Positions 9,652-20,105 of a stretch of DNA of 64,000 bases are shown here, in pieces. Within the stretch, counting starts at the first letter, position 1; the number at the start of each line of letters is the position of its first letter. Position numbers and translations under genes: made by a program. The DNA lies in the NCBI GenBank assembly GCA_965215125.1, contig OZ244052.1, positions 544,001-608,000 of the forward strand, written 5' to 3'. Below the pieces are notes generated by a model that saw nothing but the letters and a program-made list of their open reading frames with translations, made no database searches and had not been told where the DNA came from. The stretch is from an uncultured candidatus Porisulfidus sp. Its GTDB lineage: Bacteria > Pseudomonadota > Gammaproteobacteria > Poriferisulfidales > Oxydemutatoraceae.

Positions 9652-11112
9652 ATGGAATTGGGAAAACTGGATAATATTTTGAAAAATTTTTATAGCTTAA
9701 GTAAACGACTTACATGCCGTTTAGTGAAATATGCAATTAGGCTTTATGGCTCGAGTAAGCAACGCATATGTTCTTTAGTGAAAAAGACAATTAGATTTTA
9801 TAGTTCATTGAAACTTGATGATCGCTTCATTGTGATTATCATAGCCTGTTTAGCATTGGCTTACATTATTATTGCTCTAGGTATTGATTTCATTATCGTC
9901 TTTTTAGTTCTGTTTCTCATAGCTACGGTATTCTATATAACCAATATGTTTGTTCAAGGATTGAAGAAGCAACGAGAAGAAAAGTATAAAGAGGCAATTA
10001 AAAATTACGATGATGTAATTGGAGCCTATCGATATATTTATCCCCTTCTTACAATCTTAAACTTAATTCTACGTCATCTTTACCCTAAAACTAGTCTGAG
10101 CATATCAGAAAATACAAAACATAGTGCATTAGCTAGTAAAAAAATTCAGGTATATCCAAGTGACAATCTATCTGAGCAGCGATATTCCTATATTCATGAA
10201 TTAACCCAAAACATGTTACGTAACACGAACATATTTGCTGACGCTTACAATAACAGAGGCATTGCTAAGGGAAAATTAGGAGACTATGAAGGGGAAATTG
10301 CAGACTATGATGAAGCCATTAAACTAGACCCTAAATCTGCTCTTGCTTACTATAATCGAGGTAATAGCAAAGTCACATTAGAAAAATACGAAGAAGCAAT
10401 TATGGACTACGACGAAGCCATTAAAATAGATCCCAGCCTTGCCTCTGCTTACTATAACAGAGGTAATAACAAAGCCATATTAGGAAAACACGAAGAGGCG
10501 ATTGCGGACTATGACGAAGCCATTGAACTAGGCTTGGAATTTGCTTTTTCTTACTCTAACAGAGGTATTAGCAAAGCCGCATTAGCAAAACACGAAGAAG
10601 CGATTGCGGACTACGACAAAGCCATTGAACTAGAACTGGAACTCGCTGACGCTTACTATAACAGAGGTAATAGTAAAGCCTCACTAGAAAAACATGAAGA
10701 GGCGATTGCAGACTATGACGAAGCTATTGAACTAGACCCTAAATTTGTTCTTGCTTACAATAATAGAGGTAATAGAAAAGACGCATTAGGAAAACACAAG
10801 GAGGCGATTGCGGACTACGACAAAGCCATTGAACTAAACCCTAAATCTGCTCCTGCTTACTTTAACAGAGGTAATAACAAAGCTAGATTAGGAAAACATG
10901 AAGAGGCGATTACGGACTACGACAAAGCCATTGAACTAGAACCTAAGTTTGCTCTTGCTTACAATAATAGAGGTAATAGTAAAGCCGCATTAGGAAAACA
11001 CAAAGAGGCAATCGCAGATTACGACAAAGCAATAAAGCTAGAACCGTCTAATCAGACTTATAAAGAGGCAAGACAACGAGCGCAAAAAAACTTGATAATT
11101 CCTAATCCGTAG
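9652..11112 (+). CDS. Membrane-anchored TPR protein
   Basis: ATG at 9652 with AAAGGA RBS (ORF track start 9553 lies in the shared leader); two hydrophobic helices then about 8 TPRs. Confidence 0.88.
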   Translation: MELGKLDNILKNFYSLSKRLTCRLVKYAIRLYGSSKQRICSLVKKTIRFYSSLKLDDRFIVIIIACLALAYIIIALGIDFIIVFLVLFLIATVFYITNMFVQGLKKQREEKYKEAIKNYDDVIGAYRYIYPLLTILNLILRHLYPKTSLSISENTKHSALASKKIQVYPSDNLSEQRYSYIHELTQNMLRNTNIFADAYNNRGIAKGKLGDYEGEIADYDEAIKLDPKSALAYYNRGNSKVTLEKYEEAIMDYDEAIKIDPSLASAYYNRGNNKAILGKHEEAIADYDEAIELGLEFAFSYSNRGISKAALAKHEEAIADYDKAIELELELADAYYNRGNSKASLEKHEEAIADYDEAIELDPKFVLAYNNRGNRKDALGKHKEAIADYDKAIELNPKSAPAYFNRGNNKARLGKHEEAITDYDKAIELEPKFALAYNNRGNSKAALGKHKEAIADYDKAIKLEPSNQTYKEARQRAQKNLIIPNP

Positions 11113-11120
11113 AGGCAGAT

Positions 11121-11168
11121 CATTCCTCCCCTTTGGAGGGGTGGCAGGCGCAGCCTGACGGGGTGGTT
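11121..11168 (+). repeat. REP-like unit between TPR genes
   Basis: CATTCCTCCCCTTTGGAGGGGTGGCAGGCGCAGCCTGACGGGGTGGTT. Confidence 0.88.
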
Positions 11169-11317
11169 CATAACCGCTTGCGCCACAACTTATTGAAAAC
11201 CACCTATGCTTTCATTAAACTATCAAACAAAAACAACAACGGCATTATACAGGCATTACCGTATAGAAAATTGTGTCCGGAGCTACCGTATCAAAGCACA
11301 CTAAAAGGAATTTAATT

Positions 11318-13300
11318 ATGGAATTTGCGAAACTAAATAATATTTTGAAAAATTTTTATAGCTTCAGTAAGCGACTTATATGCCGTTTAGTGAAATATAC
11401 AATTAGGCTTTATGGCTCAAGTAAGCAACGCATATGTTCTTTAGTTAAAAAGGCAATTTGCTTTTATAACTCATGGAAGCATTTTATTAGTTTTACTTTG
11501 CTTATTATTATTTGCTCATTATTGGCTTACAGCATTACTCCTTTTGGTAATTTTATTATCGTCTTTTTAGTTTTGCTTCTTATCGCCACGACATTCTATA
11601 TAACCTACAAGTTCACTAAGGGATCCGAGAAGCAACAAGAGGAAGATTATGAAAAAGCAATTAAATATTACGATAGTGTGATTTGGATTCATGAAAAAAC
11701 CCAATTTATATCCCCAATCTTAAATTTAATTCCAGGCATTAATCTTGAAACTGATATAAAGGCACCAACTAATACACTAGATATTAGAGTTAGCCGACCA
11801 AATCCTGAAGCTGATATAAAGGCACCAACTGACATACCAACTAATACCTCAGGTAGTACGATTAACCAAACACATAAAGATAGCACTCTGTCTGTAAAGA
11901 GTAATCGTCCATCTGCACAAAGTCGTAGCCTGTCTGTACAGGAATATTTCTTTACTTATGAATTAGATGAATACATCTTACGCAATAAAAGTATATTTAC
12001 CGCCGCTTACCATAATAGAGGTAATCTTAATGCTATATTGGAGAGCTATGAGAAGGCGATTTCGGATTATAACAAAGCCATTGAAATAGACCCTGAGTAT
12101 GCTACTGCTTACTACAGTAGAGGTAATAGCAAAGCTCTATTAAAAAAAGACTGCAGCGAAGCGATTGAAGACTATAGCAAAGCAATAGCCATAGATCCAA
12201 AGGATGCATACGCATATAATAATAGAGGTAATAGCAGAGCTAAAATAAAAGACTATCAGGGGGCACTAAAAGATTTTGGCAAAGCCATTGAACTAAACCC
12301 GGTATACACACATGGCTATAGTAACAGGGGTTCTGCTAAGTATGAATTAAGAGACTACAAAGGAGCAATTTCAGACTTCAACAAAGCCATTGAACTAGAC
12401 CCTGAGTTTGCTCTTGCTTACTACAATAGAGGTAATAGCAAGGCCGCATTAGAAAAACATGAAGAGGCGATTGCGGACTACGACGAAGCCATTAAACGAA
12501 AACCGAAATTTGCTGCTTATGCTTACTACAATAAAGGTAATAGCAAAGCCATATTAGGAAAACACAAAGAGGCGATTGCGGACTACGGCGAAGCGATTGA
12601 ATTAGACCCTAAATTTGCTGCTGCTTACTATAACAGAGGTCATGACAAAGCCACATTAGGAAAACATGAAGCGGCGATTGCCGACTACGACAAAGCCATT
12701 GAACTAAAACCTAAATTTGCTGCTGCTTACTGTAATAGAGGTAATAGCAAGGCCGCATTAGAAAAACACGAAGAGGCGATCGCAGACTACGACGAAGCCA
12801 TTAAACTAGAGCGTAAATTTATTCTTGCTTACTATAATAGAGGTCATGACAAAGCCGCATTAGGAAAACACAAAGAGGCGATTGCAGACTACGACGAAGC
12901 CATTGAACTAGAACCTAGGTTTGCTTCTGCTTACTATAATAGAGGTAATAGCAAAAACATATTAGGAAAACATGAAGCGGCGATCGCCGACTACGGCAAA
13001 GCTATTGAACTAAAACCTAAATTTGTTGATGCTTACAATAACAGGGGCACTGTTAAGGGGAAATTAGAGGACTGTGAAGGGGCGATTACAGATTTCGAAA
13101 AGGCAATTGAAATAAATCCAAAGTGTGCTGATGCTTACTATAACAGAGGTTTAGCTAAAAAAATATTAGGGGACTGCAAGGGAGCAATTGCAGACTATGA
13201 CAGAGCCATTGAAATAAATCCATCTAATGATAAGTATACAAAGGCAAGACAACAGTTGCAAAAAAAACTTAATGATTCCAATCCAGCACATAAGCTATAA
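11318..13300 (+). CDS. Membrane-anchored TPR protein (paralog of 9652-11112)
   Basis: Same leader, RBS and N-terminus; TM helices; about 12 TPRs. Confidence 0.88.
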   Translation: MEFAKLNNILKNFYSFSKRLICRLVKYTIRLYGSSKQRICSLVKKAICFYNSWKHFISFTLLIIICSLLAYSITPFGNFIIVFLVLLLIATTFYITYKFTKGSEKQQEEDYEKAIKYYDSVIWIHEKTQFISPILNLIPGINLETDIKAPTNTLDIRVSRPNPEADIKAPTDIPTNTSGSTINQTHKDSTLSVKSNRPSAQSRSLSVQEYFFTYELDEYILRNKSIFTAAYHNRGNLNAILESYEKAISDYNKAIEIDPEYATAYYSRGNSKALLKKDCSEAIEDYSKAIAIDPKDAYAYNNRGNSRAKIKDYQGALKDFGKAIELNPVYTHGYSNRGSAKYELRDYKGAISDFNKAIELDPEFALAYYNRGNSKAALEKHEEAIADYDEAIKRKPKFAAYAYYNKGNSKAILGKHKEAIADYGEAIELDPKFAAAYYNRGHDKATLGKHEAAIADYDKAIELKPKFAAAYCNRGNSKAALEKHEEAIADYDEAIKLERKFILAYYNRGHDKAALGKHKEAIADYDEAIELEPRFASAYYNRGNSKNILGKHEAAIADYGKAIELKPKFVDAYNNRGTVKGKLEDCEGAITDFEKAIEINPKCADAYYNRGLAKKILGDCKGAIADYDRAIEINPSNDKYTKARQQLQKKLNDSNPAHKL

Positions 13301-13534
13301 ATCATTTGCAAAGAAAAGTACGCAAATGCCCTCCAACGCATTGGCATTACTGCTTTGTGCTGATAAAGCCTGCTATAATTGCAATATTTCACCTAAACTA
13401 ATATAGTAATCATCACAAAAATTAGATAAATTCAAAAGAATCATGGCTAAGTATATGCTCACCTTAAGAGAAAAAGTAATTGCATGTTCTCGGAAAAACC
13501 TAGAGAAACAAGTAAAAAATGAGATGAACAAAAT

Positions 13535-14455
13535 ATGAGTATTCCATCATCTAAACAACTTTGGCTTCCTGCACTAAAAATAATGAAGGATGATAAGGAA
13601 CGTCACAGAAGAGAAATCTTTGATCGTATTATTAAAGAATTCCAGTTTTCGGAAGAGGATAAAACCCAAAAGTTAGTAAGTGGTCGCTGTAAATTAGAAA
13701 ACCGCATGGCTTGGACATTATCTATCCTGAAAAATGCTAACTTGCTGAAAAATACAGCTCAAGGTTATTACAAAATTACCGAACAAGGGCAAGAAGTCTT
13801 AAAGGAAAATCCAAGCACTATCAGCATAGAAACTCTTCTCCAATACGCTCCTGCCGATAGCAAGTTTTTCTATTCTCAGAAACAAGATAAAGAATCAACT
13901 GACAACGAACCAAAACTGGACGAAGATTTAGAGACATCTCAAACACCGCTAGAACTGATAGAAGAGAACTACCAAAAGTTACAAGACTCTTTGTCGGATG
14001 AATTACTTCAGAACATTAAAAAGAAAGACCCGGACTTTTTTGAAGGTCTAGTAGTAGATTTGTTACTTGCTATGGGCTACGGCGGTTCCCGCAAAGAAGC
14101 AGGAGCAGCCATAGGCAAAAGTCATGACGGCGGTATTGACGGCATCATCAAAGAAGATAAGCTGGGACTTGATATTATTTATCTCCAAGCCAAGCGATAC
14201 GACAGCGGTTCAATCGGAGAAGGGGCAATCCGAAATTTTGTAGGCGCACTCGCTGCAAAACATGCCCAGAAAGGCATCTTTATCACGACCGCCGGCTATT
14301 CCAAAAGTGCCAGAGAATATGTTGAAAAGGTTCCGCAAAAAGTCATCTTGATTGACGGTGCCGACCTAGTGGATTTCATGATTGAAAACGATGTCGGTGT
14401 GTCGAAAGACCTCACATTTGAAATAAAAAAGATTGACCTTGATTATTTTGAATAA
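13535..14455 (+). CDS. mrr: Mrr family (type IV) restriction endonuclease
   Basis: N-terminal Mrr_N (NRMAW..L..A.L) and catalytic DGGIDG..QAKRY motif. Confidence 0.92.
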   Translation: MSIPSSKQLWLPALKIMKDDKERHRREIFDRIIKEFQFSEEDKTQKLVSGRCKLENRMAWTLSILKNANLLKNTAQGYYKITEQGQEVLKENPSTISIETLLQYAPADSKFFYSQKQDKESTDNEPKLDEDLETSQTPLELIEENYQKLQDSLSDELLQNIKKKDPDFFEGLVVDLLLAMGYGGSRKEAGAAIGKSHDGGIDGIIKEDKLGLDIIYLQAKRYDSGSIGEGAIRNFVGALAAKHAQKGIFITTAGYSKSAREYVEKVPQKVILIDGADLVDFMIENDVGVSKDLTFEIKKIDLDYFE

Positions 14456-14472
14456 TAAACAAACATCCCCCA

Positions 14473-16596
14473 ATGGAACTTTCTGATAACGAAAAGCGGG
14501 ATATTATTCAATATATTGAAGCCGGCAAGCCATTGCCGGAAAAATATCGTTGGCTCTTATTTGAAGACAAAAAACAAGTGGAGTTGGTATGGAACGGTAA
14601 GACCACGGATGTAACAAAAACGGTTCTACCATTTCAAACCATTGAGGTAGTCGATGAACCTCGTGCCGAAAAAAAGGCAGATACAAAAATGCAATTAACC
14701 CTTGATATTGATGAACGGGGGCGTCAAATCGCCGGGTGGACAAATAAGCTCATCTGGGGGGATAACAAACTTATACTTTCCAGTCTCAAAAGCGGAATGC
14801 TTCGTGAGGAAATAGAAAAAGCCGGCGGGCTTAAACTTATTTACATTGATCCACCATTTGATGTAGGGGCAGATTTCAGTATGAAATTGGAAATCGGCGA
14901 CGACGAAGATGAACTCATTAAAAAGCCTAATGTTTTGGAGGAAATTGCTTATCGCGATACATGGGGCAAGGGAGCAGATTCCTTTATTGCGATGATCTAT
15001 GAGCGATTGGTACTGATGCGTGATTTATTGGCGGAAGATGGCAGTATTTATGTGCACTGTGATTGGCGTTTGAACGCTAATATTCGATTGATTCTTGAAG
15101 ATATATTTAATGAGGAGTTTTTCCAGAGAGAAATAGTATGGTACTTTGACAATGTTTCCGGATACAAAAGCATTGCTTTGAATTGGATTAGAGATCACGA
15201 AACTATACTGTGGTTGACTAAATCCAAATCTTTCATATTTAATAAAGTGTATGGTGAGTATCCAGAAGGCTATGAAAATAAATTTAGTAATATAGACGAG
15301 AATGGTAGATATTACATGAAACGGGCTGGAAGACGACAATACCTTGACGAATTAAAAGGTAAACCATTGGGGGATGTGTGGCGTATTCCTTTTATAAATA
15401 ACATGGCAAATGAAAGAGTAGGCTACCCCACCCAAAAGCCCGAAGCTCTTCTTGAACGGATCATCAAAGCCTCTTCCAACGAAGGGGATTTAGTTGCCGA
15501 TTTTTTCTGTGGAAGCGGCACGACATTGGCGGTTGCAGAGAAACTTGGTAGAAAATGGATTGGTTCCGATCTCGGCAAGTTTGCTATTCACACTACCCGT
15601 AAACGGATGATTGGTGTGCAGCGAGAAATGAAAAGTTCGGGTAAAGATTTTCGTGCGTTTGAGATCTTAAACCTCGGCAAATACGAAAGGCAATATTATA
15701 TCGGTGCTAATCCCAATCTACGCGAAGAGCAACAGGTGAAGCAACTTGCCCAAAAAGAGGCTGATTTCATAAGGCTTATTATCAAAGCATACAAAGCTGA
15801 AAGTATAAATAATTTCAAGACATTCGTAGCCAAAAAGGCGGATCGCTTGATCGCAATCGGGCCGATTAATCTACCTGCGTCAAGACTTTTCGTAGAAACG
15901 GTGATAGACGAATGTCTGGAAAACAAAATTACCAAAGTGGATATTCTCTCTTTTGAGTTTGAGATGGGATTATTCCCGAAGATTCAGGAAGAAGCGAAAG
16001 ATAAGGGAATCAACTTAGCCCTTAAGTATATCCCTAAAGAAGTTTTTGATAAGCAAGCGGTCGAGAAAAATCAAGTGATATTTCATGATGTATCGTATAT
16101 TGAAGTGAAAGCGCATGTAAAACCACCCGCTAAGGGTAACCACGGTACTGTCGCCGTGGAACTTACCGATTTTTCTGTTTTCTATAATCAAGACTTCATA
16201 GATAATGTTGTCGAAAAATTGAAAAAGAATCAGTCTAAACTGATCGTGGAACAAGGCAACATTATAAAAATCACCAAAGACGAAGATGGCGAGGCAAAGC
16301 GTGAATTGCTAACAAAAAAATGGACCGATTGGATTGACTATTGGGCGGTAGATTTTAATTTTGAAAGCAAAGAAGAAATTGAACGTTTCAAAAATGATGA
16401 CGGAGAGATTGAAGAACGATGGACAGGTGATTACATCTTTGAAAACGAATGGCAAAGTTTTCGCACTAAAACAGATCGCTCAATTGAACTGAAAAGCACC
16501 GAATATGAATGTGAATCGGGTGAACGCAAAATTGCCGTTAAAATCGTTGATCTCTTCGGCAACGACACGATGAAAGTTATAAAGGTTACCATATAA
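14473..16596 (+). CDS. Type III-like site-specific DNA methyltransferase (Mod)
   Basis: YIDPPF motif IV, YPTQKPE, DFFCGSGTT motif I. Confidence 0.9.
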   Translation: MELSDNEKRDIIQYIEAGKPLPEKYRWLLFEDKKQVELVWNGKTTDVTKTVLPFQTIEVVDEPRAEKKADTKMQLTLDIDERGRQIAGWTNKLIWGDNKLILSSLKSGMLREEIEKAGGLKLIYIDPPFDVGADFSMKLEIGDDEDELIKKPNVLEEIAYRDTWGKGADSFIAMIYERLVLMRDLLAEDGSIYVHCDWRLNANIRLILEDIFNEEFFQREIVWYFDNVSGYKSIALNWIRDHETILWLTKSKSFIFNKVYGEYPEGYENKFSNIDENGRYYMKRAGRRQYLDELKGKPLGDVWRIPFINNMANERVGYPTQKPEALLERIIKASSNEGDLVADFFCGSGTTLAVAEKLGRKWIGSDLGKFAIHTTRKRMIGVQREMKSSGKDFRAFEILNLGKYERQYYIGANPNLREEQQVKQLAQKEADFIRLIIKAYKAESINNFKTFVAKKADRLIAIGPINLPASRLFVETVIDECLENKITKVDILSFEFEMGLFPKIQEEAKDKGINLALKYIPKEVFDKQAVEKNQVIFHDVSYIEVKAHVKPPAKGNHGTVAVELTDFSVFYNQDFIDNVVEKLKKNQSKLIVEQGNIIKITKDEDGEAKRELLTKKWTDWIDYWAVDFNFESKEEIERFKNDDGEIEERWTGDYIFENEWQSFRTKTDRSIELKSTEYECESGERKIAVKIVDLFGNDTMKVIKVTI

Positions 16597-16599
16597 GCT

Positions 16600-17352
16600 A
16601 TGATAGAGAACGAATATAAGCCACCAAAGTTTGGAGAGAAAGCCTTCCATTGTCCACATTGCGGGGTATTAGCAACTCAAACATGGAGCAATGATGAGAG
16701 TTTCCGAAAAGACTTATTTGAATGCCAGCATGATTTTTTTCTAAATTATAGGGAGAAAATAGGATGGGAGGGGCAACACTACATTCAAAGATTCCTTGAT
16801 GAAGTTGAACCAAAAATTCTAAATAATAGTAATAGACCATATTTTTTAGTGACATGCACACATTGCAACGACTTCTCCTTTTGGGTAAACGAAAAAATGG
16901 TTTATCCTTTGGTTCCTACATCTCCACCACCCCACGAAGATATGCCTGAAGATGTAAAAAAAACTTATGAAGAGGCACGGCAAGTACAACCCTTCTCAGT
17001 GAGAGCTTCCGCTGCGCTATTGCGAGTTTCACTGGAACAACTAACCGTACATCTAGGAGAAACCAAGGGCAACTTAAATACAAGAATTGCAAACTTAAAA
17101 AAGAAAGGATTGCCTTCACGGATTATTAAAAGTTTAGATATATTGAGAATATATGCAAACGAGGGAGGCGCACACGCGGGAACAATTGATTTAGAGGGTA
17201 AAGATAATGAAGATACAGTACTTAATTTATACAAACTAATAAACAACATCGTTTATCACACAATCGCCAGTGATAAAATGGTAGATGACTTATACGACGG
17301 TATTCCCGACGCTAAAAAAGAAGGCATTAAAAACAGAGATTCAAATAACTAA
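16600..17352 (+). CDS. DUF4145-like (HEPN-related) protein with N-terminal Zn finger
   Basis: CPHC and CTHC pairs; Y.EA, ASAALLR..LE, LRIYAN...H motifs. Confidence 0.75.
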   Translation: MIENEYKPPKFGEKAFHCPHCGVLATQTWSNDESFRKDLFECQHDFFLNYREKIGWEGQHYIQRFLDEVEPKILNNSNRPYFLVTCTHCNDFSFWVNEKMVYPLVPTSPPPHEDMPEDVKKTYEEARQVQPFSVRASAALLRVSLEQLTVHLGETKGNLNTRIANLKKKGLPSRIIKSLDILRIYANEGGAHAGTIDLEGKDNEDTVLNLYKLINNIVYHTIASDKMVDDLYDGIPDAKKEGIKNRDSNN

Positions 17353-17354
17353 TT

Positions 17355-20042
17355 ATGGCTTTACACAAAGACTTTCCGAAATCACCGCATGCGATAATTC
17401 CACCGGAAATGAGGTGGTCTCCCAGTGCAGAAGAATATGATAAGTTTCCCCCACTCGTTGAGAGGCTCAGAAAAGAAGTCTATGAATGGCGAAAGTGCAA
17501 TTATGAAGGAGCCAGCGATACCAGCAAATCGCTTCTGAATTGGTGGTTTGCAAACGAACATATATCGGAATCCGGCGGCCACATCAGCTATTTTCGATAT
17601 TACTTTGCGCAAAGAGAAGCTGTTGAAACGGTCATTTACTTATACGATATAGCAAAGGCTAAAGATCCTAATACCTTGATAAAGTTTAGCTCTTGGCAAG
17701 ATCTAAGCCTCGGTATGTTTTATGAAACATGGCCGCGATATGTGATTAAGATGGCAACAGGGTCGGGAAAAACCAAAGTGATAAGCCTGCTTCTAGCGTG
17801 GTCTTATTTCCATAAAACATACGAAGGAAACTCGGAACTTTCTAGAAACTTTCTTATCGTTGCCCCTAACATCATCGTCTTAGATAGATTGAGAGCAGAC
17901 TTTGAGGGACTTAAGATCTTTCATAACGACCCTATCCTGCCGGTGAACGGCTATGGTGGTAGAAATTGGCAAAGCGATTTTCAGACGACTTTGCATATAC
18001 AGGATGAACTAAATGTGGTGCAACCTTTAGGGAACATTTTTCTTACTAACATCCACAGAGTCTACTCCGGAAACAACTCGCTTCCTTCGTACGAAGACGA
18101 CGATACGACAGAGTATTTTTTAGGAGATAAGCCGGTGGCTAAAACCACAGACTCCAAGATAGATTTAGGAGACATCGTACGAGAGGTTGACGAACTTCTG
18201 GTTTTTAACGATGAAGCGCACCATATCCACGATAAAGAGTTAGTCTGGTTCCAGTCTATTCAAGATATACATAATCATCTAAAACCAAAAAATAAACTTT
18301 TATCTTTGCAGATTGATGTTACCGCTACTCCCAAACACCATAACGGGGCTATCTTTGTGCAGACCATATCCGATTACCCTTTGGTAGAAGCCATCGCCCA
18401 AAATATCGTCAAACATCCGGTGTTGCCCGATGATGGTAGTTGCAAAAAATTAATAGAAAAGAAGTCCTCAAAATACACGGAGAAATACGGAGACTATATC
18501 CATCTCGGGGTCAAAGAATGGAAAAAGGCTTACGATGCAAACCTTAAGCTAGATAAAAAGTCTATTCTTTTTGTTATGACCGATGACACAAAAAATTGCG
18601 ATGAAGTCGCCGAATATCTTGAAACCACATTTCCCCAATTAAAAGATGCCGTTCTATCAATTCATACAAAGAAAAATGGAGAAATTAGTGAAGCGCAAAC
18701 GGGCAAGAAAAAAAAGGAACTGGATAAGTTAAGAAAGCAAGCGAATGAAATTGATAAATTGGATAATCCTTATAAAGCTATTGTTTCCGTTCTAGTTTTG
18801 AAAGAAGGCTGGGATGTTAAAAATGTCACCACCATCGTGGGCTTGAGACCATATGATTCGGAAAGCAAGATACTCCCGGAACAAACCTTAGGAAGAGGAT
18901 TGAGGCTCATGTATGGAGGCAAAGATAGCGATATCAAGGAAAAAGTGAGTGTTATCGGCACCAAGAACTTTATGGAATTTGTAAAGAGTGTTGACAAAGA
19001 AGGTGTTGAACTTGAATACGAAGAGATGGGAGACGATACCCCTCCCAAAACCCCTACCATTGTAGAGGTTGATAGGGGAAATAAATCAAAGGATATAGCA
19101 AAACTGAATATAACAGTACCTGTTCTAACACCTAGAAATTACAAAAAGTACGAAGACCTATCTCTTTTGGATCCCGGGAAATTCAAGACGAAAAAACTTT
19201 CGTTGGAAAAAATGAAATCAAAAGGCAAAAGAAAAATTCATTTTAATTACATGGCAGTTAAAGAGGAGCAACCCCCTTATTCCCACACAACGATACTAGA
19301 CGACTCGGAAGTTTTGGATTACAGAAATATCATAGGTTTTTTCGCAAGTACAATTAAAAAAGAGCTAAGGTTTCCCGGTGGGTACAATGTTATATACGGG
19401 AAGGTAAAGGAATTCATACGCGATCACTTATTTGAAAAGCCCGTTGAATTAGATGATATCAACACAATCTTAAATCTATCAAAATCCGATGTCACTAGAT
19501 TCATCATTGAAACTTTTATCAGAGAAATTAATATCCTGACAATCAAACCGCGTGAACAGGTAAGCTCAAAAGATCCCTCTATTAAACTAACCGACACTAA
19601 ACCGTTTATCGTGAAAGGGAAAGAGGATATGATTATTATTCCTAAAAAAAGTGTTTTTAATAAAAGTATCGGAGATAATAATTTAGAAAAGGAATTTATA
19701 GCCTTTTTAGAAAATTGCGATGACATTATTGCGTATACCAAAAACTATATCAATATAGGTATTAATATGGACTACGTAAATAAGGACGGGGATATCAAAA
19801 ATTACTATCCGGACTTTCTCGTAAAAAAATCCGAAGATGAAGTGTATGTCGTTGAGACCAAAGGGCGTGAAGATTTGAACGACTCCTTAAAACTCAAACG
19901 TTTGAAGCAATGGTGCAAGGATATGAATAACCAAGGATACAAAGCAAAATACGGCTTTGTATTTGTAGATCAAGAAGGTTTTGAAAAATATAGACCCGTT
20001 GACTTTCAGGGCCTTATTGATACATTTAAGGAATATCAGTAA
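17355..20042 (+). CDS. Type III restriction enzyme Res subunit (SF2 helicase + nuclease)
   Basis: MATGSGKT, DEAHH, TATP, EGWDV, EQTLGRGLR, C-terminal PDF..VETKG. Confidence 0.9.
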   Translation: MALHKDFPKSPHAIIPPEMRWSPSAEEYDKFPPLVERLRKEVYEWRKCNYEGASDTSKSLLNWWFANEHISESGGHISYFRYYFAQREAVETVIYLYDIAKAKDPNTLIKFSSWQDLSLGMFYETWPRYVIKMATGSGKTKVISLLLAWSYFHKTYEGNSELSRNFLIVAPNIIVLDRLRADFEGLKIFHNDPILPVNGYGGRNWQSDFQTTLHIQDELNVVQPLGNIFLTNIHRVYSGNNSLPSYEDDDTTEYFLGDKPVAKTTDSKIDLGDIVREVDELLVFNDEAHHIHDKELVWFQSIQDIHNHLKPKNKLLSLQIDVTATPKHHNGAIFVQTISDYPLVEAIAQNIVKHPVLPDDGSCKKLIEKKSSKYTEKYGDYIHLGVKEWKKAYDANLKLDKKSILFVMTDDTKNCDEVAEYLETTFPQLKDAVLSIHTKKNGEISEAQTGKKKKELDKLRKQANEIDKLDNPYKAIVSVLVLKEGWDVKNVTTIVGLRPYDSESKILPEQTLGRGLRLMYGGKDSDIKEKVSVIGTKNFMEFVKSVDKEGVELEYEEMGDDTPPKTPTIVEVDRGNKSKDIAKLNITVPVLTPRNYKKYEDLSLLDPGKFKTKKLSLEKMKSKGKRKIHFNYMAVKEEQPPYSHTTILDDSEVLDYRNIIGFFASTIKKELRFPGGYNVIYGKVKEFIRDHLFEKPVELDDINTILNLSKSDVTRFIIETFIREINILTIKPREQVSSKDPSIKLTDTKPFIVKGKEDMIIIPKKSVFNKSIGDNNLEKEFIAFLENCDDIIAYTKNYINIGINMDYVNKDGDIKNYYPDFLVKKSEDEVYVVETKGREDLNDSLKLKRLKQWCKDMNNQGYKAKYGFVFVDQEGFEKYRPVDFQGLIDTFKEYQ

Positions 20043-20105
20043 CCCGCGACTAATCTATCGCATAGCTCTGATGCAATCTAAAGTGCTGTTCGGAAGTTCG
20101 GCAAA

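Noticed and set aside
2313-13300. Integron with attC sites
   Set aside because: No tyrosine integrase, and the repeats lack the RYYYAAC...GTTRRRY attC ends.
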